DNA of 64,000 bases from a virus. This document shows, piece after piece, positions 1-9,351 of the stretch. The stretch is from positions 16,926 to 80,925 of IMG/VR virus record IMGVR_UViG_3300039074_000056. The stretch is one strand, 5' to 3'. Position 1 is the stretch's first letter. Every line of letters begins with the position of its first letter. Made by a program: the position numbers and the translations under genes. Below the pieces are notes generated by a model. It was given only the letters and a program-made list of their open reading frames with translations, searched no databases and was not told the DNA's origin.

Positions 1-492
1 GGCGGCGGCAAGGGCGGCGCATATGCAAGGCGAAACGCTTGGCCGGTAAATCCGGGCGATGTTATAACTATTGTCATCGGCAATAACTACGGCATAGATA
101 CGACTATTGCTGTAAATGGCACTATCGTTTTGCGAGCATCCGGTGGTGCAGCAGGTACGGCAGGAACAACTCTTGCTGGCGGCACCGGAGCCACAACCTA
201 TGTTTCAACGCCGCTTGGCGATGTCATTTTTAATGGCGGCAATGGCGAAAATGGCGGGGTAACATCGGCGGGAGCTGGTGGTGGTGGCGCTGGCGTTGCG
301 GCGAATACAACAGGGCAAGGGCCGATACAGCAGTTCCTTGCGACACTGACAGGCAGGGGCGGCGACCCCGGCACGGCACTGGCAGGCGGGGGCGTTGTGC
401 AGTCTTTCGGTGGCGCTCAAGGCGGCATTGTTCAGGCGAGCGGCAGAGCAAGCTTTGTGCCCGGCGGCGCTAAAATTACATACACGCTTTAA
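1..492 (+). CDS. Glycine-rich virion structural protein, 3' part (5' end outside window)
   Basis: Frame 1 is open from base 1 (GGGKGGAYARR...NPGDVITIVIG...RASGGAAG...GGAKITYTL); Gly-rich pattern typical of phage fibre/minor structural proteins; GC-rich. Confidence 0.7.
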   Translation, partial: GGGKGGAYARRNAWPVNPGDVITIVIGNNYGIDTTIAVNGTIVLRASGGAAGTAGTTLAGGTGATTYVSTPLGDVIFNGGNGENGGVTSAGAGGGGAGVAANTTGQGPIQQFLATLTGRGGDPGTALAGGGVVQSFGGAQGGIVQASGRASFVPGGAKITYTL

Positions 493-502
493 GGTAAAGA
501 AT

Positions 503-670
503 ATGATAACTCTATTTGTTGAATACAGTTATACAGTCACTAGCGAGCAAGAATACAACGAGATGATTGCTATGATTGAAGGCCAGAAAACAGTTCACGA
601 TAGTTTAAGGGTTTTTGAGAATCGCGCAGAGCTTAAAATTAAATGCAATTTAACTGTTTCAAAAGATTAG
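503..670 (+). CDS. Small hypothetical protein
   Basis: ATG at 503 after AAGG; fills the gap between neighbouring genes. Confidence 0.55.
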   Translation: MITLFVEYSYTVTSEQEYNEMIAMIEGQKTVHDSLRVFENRAELKIKCNLTVSKD

Positions 671-688
671 TGATAAAGGAGCAATAAA

Positions 689-1249
689 ATGAGTAATGAT
701 AAAATGGGTCGTAAGGGGCTGCTTACTCTTGCCATCAAAGCGGAAAATTTGGCAGGCATTAATGTTCAAGCCGACAAGGTGTGGATTGAGGACGGTATTC
801 TTTATGTCCAACACCACAACGCCTATGTCAACACTGGCCTGAATAACAGCCTTGACCGTGAGTTTGGTCTTGGTGGAACAGCGGTTGGGTTCATTGGCGT
901 ATCCAGCAATACGACAGCGGTTACAGCAACTACTGTCAACCTGAATGGTGCATCCGGTGGCACTGCTGCTAACACCATCATCAAGGCAATCAGCCCAGCA
1001 GCAACGCGCACAGGCCAGACAGTTACGGGCGGAGCTACTTTCGTCAATGCTGACTTCACCTCCGGTGTGTTCATCTGGAATAAGATCGGCTTCTTGATTA
1101 CCAGCACAGACGCAGGTACTGGCCTTGTCGATGTTATTGGCGGCACGGGTGGCACAGCTCCGTATAACAAGACTTTTGTTCTTGACTTGACAGGCGCTGG
1201 CGCATTTACTGTTACTGCTCAGATTGCGGTTACGGCTGTTGCTGTTTAA
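689..1249 (+). CDS. Putative virion structural protein (Thr/Gly/Ala-rich, beta-rich)
   Basis: AGGAG RBS; composition typical of minor structural proteins. Confidence 0.6.
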   Translation: MSNDKMGRKGLLTLAIKAENLAGINVQADKVWIEDGILYVQHHNAYVNTGLNNSLDREFGLGGTAVGFIGVSSNTTAVTATTVNLNGASGGTAANTIIKAISPAATRTGQTVTGGATFVNADFTSGVFIWNKIGFLITSTDAGTGLVDVIGGTGGTAPYNKTFVLDLTGAGAFTVTAQIAVTAVAV

Positions 1250-1480
1250 GGACATTCTTAATGAGGGCTTATAATTTTCAGTTGTGGTACGTGGAAGTGG
1301 CACAGTCGCGAAGAGTCTGGACACGGACACAGAACTATTGCTCACAAAGTGCTAAACAAAGTAGCTCCTATAAGCAACATTAAGTTAGCCCTATATTTCA
1401 TTCTTTGTGTGATTATCCTTGCCATTCAGGTTGGTGAAAATTATGTCTGCCTGTCGATAGATGACTAATGTATCAAGAAC

Positions 1481-1948
1481 ATGGGAGAATATATGTATTT
1501 TGACGTAATCATCAAGAAACGCCTTCTCCCAATTCAAGATAGAAAAGTCTTCGGGTATGTCTACAGAATAAAAGATTTGAAGTTAAATAAGAGTTATATA
1601 GGCATCCGCTACAAGGAAGGAATAAATATCCATCAGGATTTAGGGGTTGCCTATTTTACTTCAAGCAAGGGTGTAAAACGGCTCTTAGAGATAAATCAGA
1701 ACAACAGGTCGCGCTTTGCATTTGAAATCAGGAAGATATATTATTATCCTGTAACAAATATGTTGCTTGCCTACCATAAAGCTGATATAATATCAACGAG
1801 AAAAAGGCTTAAATTACAAATCTGTAATTATGAAAAATCCCTCCTTAAAAAGCTAAAAGCTGGCACTAATCCTCGCCTTATGAATCTTATTCATGGCCAT
1901 AACGATTGGCAGCATTACAAAGCTTTCAACGCAACGAAGGGGCATTAA
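1481..1948 (+). CDS. Free-standing GIY-YIG (Seg-like) endonuclease
   Basis: FGYVYRIKD...KSYIG...YFTSS motif; basic protein; AT-rich gene. Confidence 0.7.
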   Translation: MGEYMYFDVIIKKRLLPIQDRKVFGYVYRIKDLKLNKSYIGIRYKEGINIHQDLGVAYFTSSKGVKRLLEINQNNRSRFAFEIRKIYYYPVTNMLLAYHKADIISTRKRLKLQICNYEKSLLKKLKAGTNPRLMNLIHGHNDWQHYKAFNATKGH

Positions 1949-2704
1949 ATGTCTAAGAAATATGCTGCCACTTCCGCTATGGTTGAAAACCAAAGTAAAG
2001 GAAGGGCACTAAAGAAAAAGAAAACAGCTAGAAGCTATTCATCGCCATACGAAATGACGGCTAAGTCATTTAATGATGAACTAACACTAGATGATATTAA
2101 AGCAACATATTCTTTTCTTGTAAAACAAAAAGAAAAAATCAATAAATATAATGTTGATACAGATGGTCAAGCCACAGAAGCATATCTGGATTGGCTTGAC
2201 GGCGGTGCAACAGCAGGTTTAGCTTTTACAACTATGATTCTGCAAGATGAAGGAATCTTGAAAAGCGTAACTAAAGAAGTTGATGAAGAAGAATTAGAAG
2301 CTGTTGAGAAAAGTAAGTGGACAAACCTAAGCGTCCAGAAAGCAGCAAACGAAGAACTTATGCAAGTGACCTTTGTTGCTATGGTTGAAGGCATTGATGC
2401 CCATGCTGACTTCGTTGATGAAAATGAAATCAGAAAAGCAAAAGAAAGTTTTAACAAGTCCTCGATGAAATGCAAGATGTTTCATTTGTGGGATACGAAT
2501 GGGGCAGAAGTAATTGAGTCCTTCCAGTCACCAGTTGACTTCATTCTAAATGATCGTTTCATTTCTAAAGGTACATGGCTAATGACCTTCCAGATTTATG
2601 ACGAGACACTTTGGAAGTGGGTTAAAGATGGCACGATCAACGGAATTAGCATTGGCGCAATGGCGCAGTGCATTAAAATAGAGGATGACGATGAATCAGC
2701 CTAA
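1949..2704 (+). CDS. XkdF-like putative prohead serine protease
   Basis: DAHAD...MFH...VIESF...KGTWL...W.WVKDG.INGISIG motif; lies upstream of scaffold and capsid. Confidence 0.8.
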   Translation: MSKKYAATSAMVENQSKGRALKKKKTARSYSSPYEMTAKSFNDELTLDDIKATYSFLVKQKEKINKYNVDTDGQATEAYLDWLDGGATAGLAFTTMILQDEGILKSVTKEVDEEELEAVEKSKWTNLSVQKAANEELMQVTFVAMVEGIDAHADFVDENEIRKAKESFNKSSMKCKMFHLWDTNGAEVIESFQSPVDFILNDRFISKGTWLMTFQIYDETLWKWVKDGTINGISIGAMAQCIKIEDDDESA

Positions 2705-3758
2705 GAAAGCAAAAAGAGTTTTGAAGAATATTGATTTTAGTGGGCAAGATGCACACATCAGTTTTGTTGGCCCTGATGTTGGCGGCCCAGCAAATTTACA
2801 AGATTATGCTCTTGTGATGAAATCAACAGCACACTTCTCCGAAGAAATCATTGAGAAGGCACAGCGTATTTCTGTAGAAATGGAGCTTCCTGAGTTTCTT
2901 CGTACAGTGTTTGATATGTACTGGGAAGATAGTGAAGTTTTGGCTCGCTTGATGGGATATGTGCCAGAAGAAGAAAACGATGAAGCCGACTACATGTGTC
3001 GGGATTATATCGCAGAGCGTTTAGAGTCTTTTACTGTACTGAAAGCTCTGCACGAATCACAGAATTTGGTTGAAGAACTTAGTAAGCTAGATGGTAACAC
3101 CTATCTTTCTATGTTGCAAGACCAAGAACGAGTTGAGAAAGCCTTGAAGAATAAAGCCTCTCTTGATTCGGAAGCAGTAGTTGAAAAAGCTACCGCAAAA
3201 CAGCCTGTTGTGGCTGAACCAAAGAAACCAAAAGCTCGTATCGTTACAAAAGCTAAAGTTTCTGAACAAGGCCACAAGGCCGAGCCTGTTGATAAAGCAG
3301 GTATTGACGCTAAGGCTGATAAAGCCGAACCAAAGAAAACAGAGGTATCAAAAATGACCGTGAAGACTGTCGAAGTCGAAAAGACCGAACAGATCGAGAT
3401 GGTGGAAAAATCCCAGTACGAATCAATCGCCAAAGCTCTTGAAGAGCAGCGCGTTGAGTTGGAAAAGGCTTCTGCCCTAATCGCTCAGTTTCAAGAAGAA
3501 AAGAAAGTAGCTGTTGCCAAGGCTCGTAAGGCTGAGTTGGTTGCTGCTGTTTCGGAAGAAGATAAGGCTGAACAGCTTTTCAAAGCAGTTGGTGAGCTGG
3601 CTGATGAAGCCTTCCAAGCTGTTGTCGAAGTTGTTAAGGCTCTGTCTGCTAAGGCTGAAGCCGACCCAATGTTTGTCGAAAAGGGCGCTGCTAGTGAAGA
3701 AGCCGCCGTTGAAGAAGACGAACTTACCAAGCTGCTCAAAGCAAAACACCGCAAGTAA
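2691..3758 (+). CDS. Capsid scaffolding protein
   Basis: GAGG RBS at 2681; acidic, Ala/Glu/Lys-rich helical C-terminus; between protease and decoration/capsid genes. Confidence 0.75.
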   Translation: MNQPKKAKRVLKNIDFSGQDAHISFVGPDVGGPANLQDYALVMKSTAHFSEEIIEKAQRISVEMELPEFLRTVFDMYWEDSEVLARLMGYVPEEENDEADYMCRDYIAERLESFTVLKALHESQNLVEELSKLDGNTYLSMLQDQERVEKALKNKASLDSEAVVEKATAKQPVVAEPKKPKARIVTKAKVSEQGHKAEPVDKAGIDAKADKAEPKKTEVSKMTVKTVEVEKTEQIEMVEKSQYESIAKALEEQRVELEKASALIAQFQEEKKVAVAKARKAELVAAVSEEDKAEQLFKAVGELADEAFQAVVEVVKALSAKAEADPMFVEKGAASEEAAVEEDELTKLLKAKHRK

Positions 3759-3784
3759 TTGCTCCCAATAAAGGAAAATAAGAT

Positions 3785-4189
3785 ATGACAACTATTGCAA
3801 CTGAGAGCAAGCGCCTCTCAAATTGGTTGAAGTGGGAGTTGGCTGTTGAAGTAGCCTACTGCCGTAAAGAAGTAATTGCTAACGAAGCTGGCGCTATCGC
3901 CTATGTTTCCGGTGATGTGCTTGGTAAAGTTACTGCCACTGGCAAGTACAAAATTTCCAAGGCCGATGCCGTAGACGGCAGCGAAGTCCCCGCTGGTATC
4001 GTTATTTATGACACCGCCATTGCCGCTGCTACTGACAAGGGTGTTGCTATCCTTGCTAAAGGCCCAGCTATTGTAGGTAAGAAGGGTATTCGTCTGGATG
4101 CTACCTTTAACACCGCCCCAGAACTGGCTGCTGCTTATGCTGCTCTGGAAGCCCTCGGCATCAATGTTGTCGAACAGATCGGCGTTTAA
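3785..4189 (+). CDS. Head decoration protein (lambda gpD-like)
   Basis: GDVLGKVTATGKY...A.DGSEVPAGI motif and ALEALGI C-terminus; directly before the capsid gene. Confidence 0.85.
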   Translation: MTTIATESKRLSNWLKWELAVEVAYCRKEVIANEAGAIAYVSGDVLGKVTATGKYKISKADAVDGSEVPAGIVIYDTAIAAATDKGVAILAKGPAIVGKKGIRLDATFNTAPELAAAYAALEALGINVVEQIGV

Positions 4190-4203
4190 GGAGATAGTAT
4201 AAA

Positions 4204-5229
4204 ATGACAACCGCTCGTAGTTTTGAAAACAATGGTCAATTCACTCTGACCGACCTGACCCCACAGCTAAACCTCATCACCCCACAGTGGTCGCTGGTTG
4301 GCGATATGGGTATTTACCGTGAATCTGGTATCACCCAAGACAACCTGACCGTTGAAGTTGTGAATGATACCATTCAACTCATCGGTGATGTTCGTCGTGG
4401 TGCTCGTCACACTGTTAACTCGGATGATACTCGTAAGCTCATTGCTCTGCAAGTCCCTCACTTTGTTCTTGATGACGCAATCTTTGCTGCTGAACTGGCA
4501 GGTCGTCGCGCCTATGGTAGCGATGGTGCTTCCACTGAAGCTGAAGTAAAAATGCGTAAGATGGAAAGCATGATGAAGAAGTGGGATGCTACCCATGAAG
4601 CCGCTCGTGTTTGGACTATCACGCAGGGTGCTGCATACGCACCAAATGGCACTGTCGCCATTGACTTCTACGCTGAATTTGGCGTTATCCGCAAGTCGGT
4701 TGACTTCCTGCTTGGCACTGGCACTACTGACATTGTTGCTAAGAACGAAGAAGTTATTGCTCACATTCAGGACAATGTTCTGTCTGCTGGCAGCGTAACC
4801 AACACGAAGGTTCTCGCCTCCCCAGAGTGGTTCTCCAAGTATGTTAACCAAGCTGGCGTTAAAGAAGCCTACAAGTTCTATTCCTCGACACAGGAACCAC
4901 AGCGCAACCGTCTGGGTGGCAACGCAACTCGTTTCCGCACATTCGTTCACGCAGGTCTTGACATTGTTGAGTATCGTGGTTCGTTCAACGGTGTTCGCCT
5001 CGTTCCTGCTGGCAAGGCTTATGCTTTCCCAGAAGGTGTAGACGATATGTTTGAGTTCTATAGCGCACCTGCACAGACTTTTGACCTCGTTAACACGGTT
5101 GGTGAAAAGGCTTACATGTGGGAACAGCGTTCGCAGCGCAACGACCAGATCACCTTGGAGTCCGAATCGAACTTCTTGGCTCTGTGCCGCCGTCCACAGG
5201 CTATTGTTGAGCTGACCAGCTCCAACTAA
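4204..5229 (+). CDS. Major capsid protein (lambda gpE-like family)
   Basis: 341 aa; IDFYAEFGV and ESESNFLALCRRPQAIV motifs; strongly biased codon usage. Confidence 0.92.
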   Translation: MTTARSFENNGQFTLTDLTPQLNLITPQWSLVGDMGIYRESGITQDNLTVEVVNDTIQLIGDVRRGARHTVNSDDTRKLIALQVPHFVLDDAIFAAELAGRRAYGSDGASTEAEVKMRKMESMMKKWDATHEAARVWTITQGAAYAPNGTVAIDFYAEFGVIRKSVDFLLGTGTTDIVAKNEEVIAHIQDNVLSAGSVTNTKVLASPEWFSKYVNQAGVKEAYKFYSSTQEPQRNRLGGNATRFRTFVHAGLDIVEYRGSFNGVRLVPAGKAYAFPEGVDDMFEFYSAPAQTFDLVNTVGEKAYMWEQRSQRNDQITLESESNFLALCRRPQAIVELTSSN

Positions 5230-5240
5230 TAGTTTGTAAA

Positions 5241-5299
5241 TTATATCAATATTGATATAACAGAAGCCCTTGTTAATTCAGGGGCTTCGATTATATTTC
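5241..5299 (+). terminator. 20-bp perfect palindrome followed by a terminator-like hairpin after the capsid gene
   Basis: TTATATCAAT/ATTGATATAA at 5241-5260; GAAGCCCTTG-ttaatt-CAGGGGCTTC at 5263-5288; weak U-tail. Confidence 0.6.
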
Positions 5300-5319
5300 T
5301 ACAATAAGGGGAATAAGCA

Positions 5320-5790
5320 ATGGCACTAACCGATGTGCAGAAAGTAGAGTTAGAAATCGGGTTGTCGTCATTTGAACCTCCTATTTTGACTCAAGAAGAG
5401 CTTGAATATTTTTTAGAGAAAAACAACGGTAGCATTCGTCGTGCAGCAGTTGATGCCGCAAAGACAGTATTGTTTATTATTTCTCAATATGTAAAAGAAA
5501 AGACAGCTATTGAATTAGAGATTAGTGGTAATCAATGGTTCACTCAGTACATGCAAGTATTGAAGATGTATATCTCTGACCCAAACTACTCTATCGCTAT
5601 TCAAGGAGCTACCCCATTTGCAGGTGGCATTAGTAAACAAGATGCCTATGACAACATCACTAATGTTGACAACATTACTGTTAATGTAGATAAAGGTGTT
5701 CCGCAGGATTATGATGCCTCTGGGTACTATGGTGGTGAGTCAAACCCTTTTGACAGAGATGCTTACAGAACAAATCCATTTGGTTTTTAA
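5320..5790 (+). CDS. Head-tail adaptor protein
   Basis: V.LEIG...ILTQEELEYFLEKNNG..RRAA motif; first gene after the capsid gene. Confidence 0.7.
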   Translation: MALTDVQKVELEIGLSSFEPPILTQEELEYFLEKNNGSIRRAAVDAAKTVLFIISQYVKEKTAIELEISGNQWFTQYMQVLKMYISDPNYSIAIQGATPFAGGISKQDAYDNITNVDNITVNVDKGVPQDYDASGYYGGESNPFDRDAYRTNPFGF

Positions 5791-5802
5791 CGGAGAATAT
5801 CT

Positions 5803-6177
5803 ATGTCCGTTACAACACGATTTGGTAGTAGCGCCAAAAGAAACATTACAAGATTTGGCAAGCTAGTTAGCTACAAAAGAGTGGTAGAAGGCGTTTACGA
5901 CCCAGACACTGGTGTGACAAACACAAGCACAACAACTTCTATCAAAGCATTCAAAACTCAAGTAAGTGCATCCGATGCGAAGAGTCCAAACTTAGTTGGT
6001 AAAGAAGTTTCAGGCTTCTTGGTTAGTGGAGTAGATATTTCTTTTGTCCCATCCACAGGTGATGAAATCACATATACCAATAAAACAGAGACATTCACTC
6101 TTCGTGTAGTTAATGTAAAAGAATATTGGGCAGGGGATGAAGTGGCGATGTATCGTCTATTGTGCGCTGCTGTTTAA
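5803..6177 (+). CDS. Head closure / head-tail joining protein
   Basis: RFGK.V...G.YDPDTG motif; position in the neck cluster. Confidence 0.7.
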   Translation: MSVTTRFGSSAKRNITRFGKLVSYKRVVEGVYDPDTGVTNTSTTTSIKAFKTQVSASDAKSPNLVGKEVSGFLVSGVDISFVPSTGDEITYTNKTETFTLRVVNVKEYWAGDEVAMYRLLCAAV

Positions 6178-6189
6178 CGGAGCAAAACA

Positions 6190-6699
6190 ATGGCTGAGTA
6201 CAAAGGCTCGCAAGGTATTGCTGCATTAAAGAAAAAGCTAGAGCTGCAAGCCAACATGCTTGTTCAACTGGCAGCAACAAGCGTTGCTAGGCACATTGTT
6301 GACGAGAGTCCTGTAGGTATTGATATTTATCCATCTGCTGTCGGTGGTATTGAGAACGACCCCGGTGATTTCAAGAACTCTTGGAAAGTTGGTGTTGGAG
6401 CTATTGACTACGACATAAGAGAAGCTGATAAAAATGGCTTAGGTGCGTACTCAGAAGCTGAAACGGATGCCTCTCGTTTTGATCATAAACGACAAGATGA
6501 AATTTATATCACCAACTCAGTAGACCATGCAGGTCAAGTGGAGAATGGGTGGTATGCTTCTGACGACCCAGATCGAATTGCTCTTGGTTGGGAAGATAGA
6601 GATGGCTACCATGTCGTAGAAAATAATAAAGACAAGATGGTTGGTATTCTAAAAGATGTGGCTAATTTTATTGCCTCTGGTGGCACAACAGCTAGATAA
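6190..6699 (+). CDS. Neck / tail completion protein (HK97 gp10-like)
   Basis: SPVG...GDFKNSW...IYITNSVDHA..VENG motif. Confidence 0.7.
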   Translation: MAEYKGSQGIAALKKKLELQANMLVQLAATSVARHIVDESPVGIDIYPSAVGGIENDPGDFKNSWKVGVGAIDYDIREADKNGLGAYSEAETDASRFDHKRQDEIYITNSVDHAGQVENGWYASDDPDRIALGWEDRDGYHVVENNKDKMVGILKDVANFIASGGTTAR

Positions 6700-6711
6700 G
6701 AGGATGATTAA

Positions 6712-7116
6712 ATGTCACAAGTAAATATTAGAAAAGCTTTTGAAAAGAAGTTAATTACTTTTACACCAGCTAACACAATATCCTTTGAGAATGCAAGTTT
6801 TACACCAGTAGCTAATGTCCCCTACTATGTTTGTAGGCTTGCTCCACAAGATGTTCTTAACCCAACGCTTGGTGACAACTACCACCGAGAAGTCGGTATA
6901 TTTCAAGTGGTGCTTTGTTTTCCTGCCGGAAATGGTGGACAAGCTACCGCTGCTAAAGCAGAAGAGTTAAAGCAATTCTTCAGACGATCAACCACTTTGG
7001 TTGAAGGCGATACCACAGTAATTGTAAATAAAACACCAAGTATTGGTAGTGCTTATACAGAAGGCAATCGTTATTGCGTACCTGTAAGAGTAAGTTATTT
7101 TACAAACGAATTTTGA
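6712..7116 (+). CDS. Tail terminator protein
   Basis: FENASFTP...GIFQV...PAGNG...FRR...VPVRVSY motif; precedes the tail tube gene. Confidence 0.75.
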   Translation: MSQVNIRKAFEKKLITFTPANTISFENASFTPVANVPYYVCRLAPQDVLNPTLGDNYHREVGIFQVVLCFPAGNGGQATAAKAEELKQFFRRSTTLVEGDTTVIVNKTPSIGSAYTEGNRYCVPVRVSYFTNEF

Positions 7117-7225
7117 GTAAAATCAAAAACATACTCATTCGTAAGAATGAAAGTTGAAGACACACAAGTGTCACCTATTATGGCGCATTTGCGTCTTTAA
7201 CTAAATTATTCTATGGAGAATAAAT

Positions 7226-8440
7226 ATGTCGAACATTGCCGAAGGCATTCGCAAGAGTATCCGCTACAAGAAAGAAACAACTGCTGGCGTTCTCGCTGGC
7301 CCAACAGGAGCTAAGACTGTTCGCCGCGTAACTGGTGCGTTTAACTTAGCCAAAGAAGCCTACAACTCGGAAGAAGTGCGTGTTGACTACCAGATGGTAG
7401 ACTTCCGTCACGGTGTCCGTTCTGTTGAAGGAAGCCTTAACGGTGAATTATCCCCCGGTACTTACTCTGACTTTTTGGCATCTGCTGTAGCTCGTGATTT
7501 CACTGCTATTACTACAACATCGCCCGGCAGCGTCACTGTTGCTGGTACAGGCCCAACTTATACGATCTCTCGTGCAACAGGTAGTTACATCACCGACGGT
7601 ATTCGCCCCGGTATGGTTATTCGTTTCACTGGATTGACTGCTACTGCCGATAATAACAAAAATCTACTCGTCACTGCTGTTACTTCAGCAACAAGCATTA
7701 CCGTTGTTGCTCTGCAATCAATGGGCGGTATGACTGCTGGCACTACAGCAACAGGCGCTGCATTCACAGTTCCCGGTAAGGTAACTTATGCCCCATCCAC
7801 TGGTCACACAGATGACAGCTATACAATCGAAGAGTTCTACGAAGACATTGCTCAGTCAGAAGCTTTCGTAGGCTGCAAGGTTGGCAGTGCTAATATTCAG
7901 CTCCCAGCTACTGGCCTAGTGACCACTGACTTCTCCTTCATGGGTCTTGATCTAGGTCGTAGCGATACTACGCAGTATTTCACAAACGCAACTGCACAGG
8001 GTACTTCAGGCATCTTCGCTTCTGTCAACGGTGTTTTACTTGTTGATGGCTTACCAGTTGCTCTGGTTACTTCGCTGTCGATTTCGCTTGACCGTGGCCT
8101 TGCTTCTGAAGCCGTTGTTGGCAGCAATATTAAGCCTGAAATCTTTGAAGGTAAGATCATGGTGAGCGGTGAGTTTAGTACGCTGTTTTCTGACCGCGTA
8201 GTTTCCGATTACTTCGTGAATGAATCAGAAATCAGCTTAGTAGCTGCCCTGACTACATCGAATGCTAACAACTCTGACTTTATGACAATCACCTTACCTC
8301 GTATCAAAGTTAACTCCGATACCAAGGCTGACTCCACTGGTGCAATCGTTGCTTCTAACAGCTTCCAAGCCTTGAAGGGTACTGGCGCTGGCAACCAAGA
8401 AGTCACCACTATCCTGATTCACGACAGCCTAGCTGTCTAA
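7226..8440 (+). CDS. Major tail tube protein, with an inserted beta-rich domain
   Basis: Y.KETT.G, SEEVR.D, G.LNGELS, SYTIEE and LPRIK motifs; biased codon usage. Confidence 0.85.
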   Translation: MSNIAEGIRKSIRYKKETTAGVLAGPTGAKTVRRVTGAFNLAKEAYNSEEVRVDYQMVDFRHGVRSVEGSLNGELSPGTYSDFLASAVARDFTAITTTSPGSVTVAGTGPTYTISRATGSYITDGIRPGMVIRFTGLTATADNNKNLLVTAVTSATSITVVALQSMGGMTAGTTATGAAFTVPGKVTYAPSTGHTDDSYTIEEFYEDIAQSEAFVGCKVGSANIQLPATGLVTTDFSFMGLDLGRSDTTQYFTNATAQGTSGIFASVNGVLLVDGLPVALVTSLSISLDRGLASEAVVGSNIKPEIFEGKIMVSGEFSTLFSDRVVSDYFVNESEISLVAALTTSNANNSDFMTITLPRIKVNSDTKADSTGAIVASNSFQALKGTGAGNQEVTTILIHDSLAV

Positions 8441-8473
8441 TTGTTTTAACAACGCTGTAACGCTGTAAAGAGT

Positions 8474-8510
8474 GGGGTGTCGTTTTGATGCCCCTTCTTA
8501 TTTTATTTTA
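8474..8510 (+). terminator. Rho-independent terminator
   Basis: GGGGTGTC-gtttt-GATGCCCC followed by a T-rich tail. Confidence 0.75.
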
Positions 8511-8527
8511 GTCCGAGGAAACATATC

Positions 8528-8941
8528 ATGGGTTTTGACCTAAGCAAAAACAACCTTTCTGAATTAGCAGAGGTTGGATACGAGTTTGAATTGAAAATGC
8601 CGGGTACTAACGAAGGTACTGGCGCTTTCATCACTGTGCGTGGAGCGCAGTCACCAAAAGTAAAGAACTTCGCAAAGAAGAAGTTCAACGAAATGCAGCT
8701 AAAAGAGACACAAGCCAAGCGTAAGGGTCGTGACACAGACCCAATGACCCTTGATGAAGCGGAAGAAATGGCTATTGAGTCGGCAGCTATCCGCATTATT
8801 AAGTGGAAAGGTATTGAGGAAGGCGACAAAGCTGTTCCTTGTACAGAAGAGAATGTAAAGCGCGTCCTTAAAGAACATGCGTGGATTCGCGAGCAAGTGC
8901 TTGAAGAAAGTGACCAGATTGTAAATTTTATCAAGAGCTAA
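8528..8941 (+). CDS. Tail assembly chaperone (gpG equivalent)
   Basis: Between tail tube and tape measure; W.G...WIREQV motif. Confidence 0.8.
   Translation: MGFDLSKNNLSELAEVGYEFELKMPGTNEGTGAFITVRGAQSPKVKNFAKKKFNEMQLKETQAKRKGRDTDPMTLDEAEEMAIESAAIRIIKWKGIEEGDKAVPCTEENVKRVLKEHAWIREQVLEESDQIVNFIKS
8923..8929 (+). promoter_or_regulatory. Programmed -1 frameshift slippery site A AAT TTT
   Basis: In-frame X XXY YYZ heptamer; the -1 frame has no stop through to ORF 8980-9339. Confidence 0.75.
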
Positions 8942-8979
8942 TTACCGAGGCAACAGACTTCGCTAATTGGCAATTCAAA

Positions 8980-9339
8980 ATGCAGGGCCGTCAAAAGGAC
9001 GGTGCTTCATTGCAGCAACACATGGAGAAGGCACAGGCTAGTCCCTTTGCCGCTCCCGCTTTAATTCAAGCGATTGAAGATGAAGCTGAGACAGCCCCCA
9101 TGCTTCCTGAAGCGGCTGCTTTTGTTTGGAGTTTCTTCTTGAAGCTTCATCAACAGCGTCCATCGGGAGGCATGGGGGTTTCTTGTTTGTCATTCACAGA
9201 TATAGATAGTTTCTGTCGTTTGACAAAGATGGAATTAGAAAGTTTTGAGCTAGATTTGATTCTGGCATTCGATAGATGTTTTTTGACAGTCTATTATGAA
9301 CAACAAGAGAAAGAGCAAAAAGCTCAAAACAAGAAATAA
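8980..9339 (+). CDS. Tail assembly chaperone, second part (gpT equivalent; probably made as a frameshift fusion)
   Basis: W.FFL.L...R..G.G...LSFTDI..F motif; no clear RBS of its own; lies in the -1 frame of the upstream gene. Confidence 0.75.
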   Translation: MQGRQKDGASLQQHMEKAQASPFAAPALIQAIEDEAETAPMLPEAAAFVWSFFLKLHQQRPSGGMGVSCLSFTDIDSFCRLTKMELESFELDLILAFDRCFLTVYYEQQEKEQKAQNKK

Positions 9340-9351
9340 TAAGAGGTGGGT

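Noticed and set aside
8451-8468. Tandem AACGCTGT duplication
   Set aside because: Only two copies of 8 bp; likely a slippage event with no evident function
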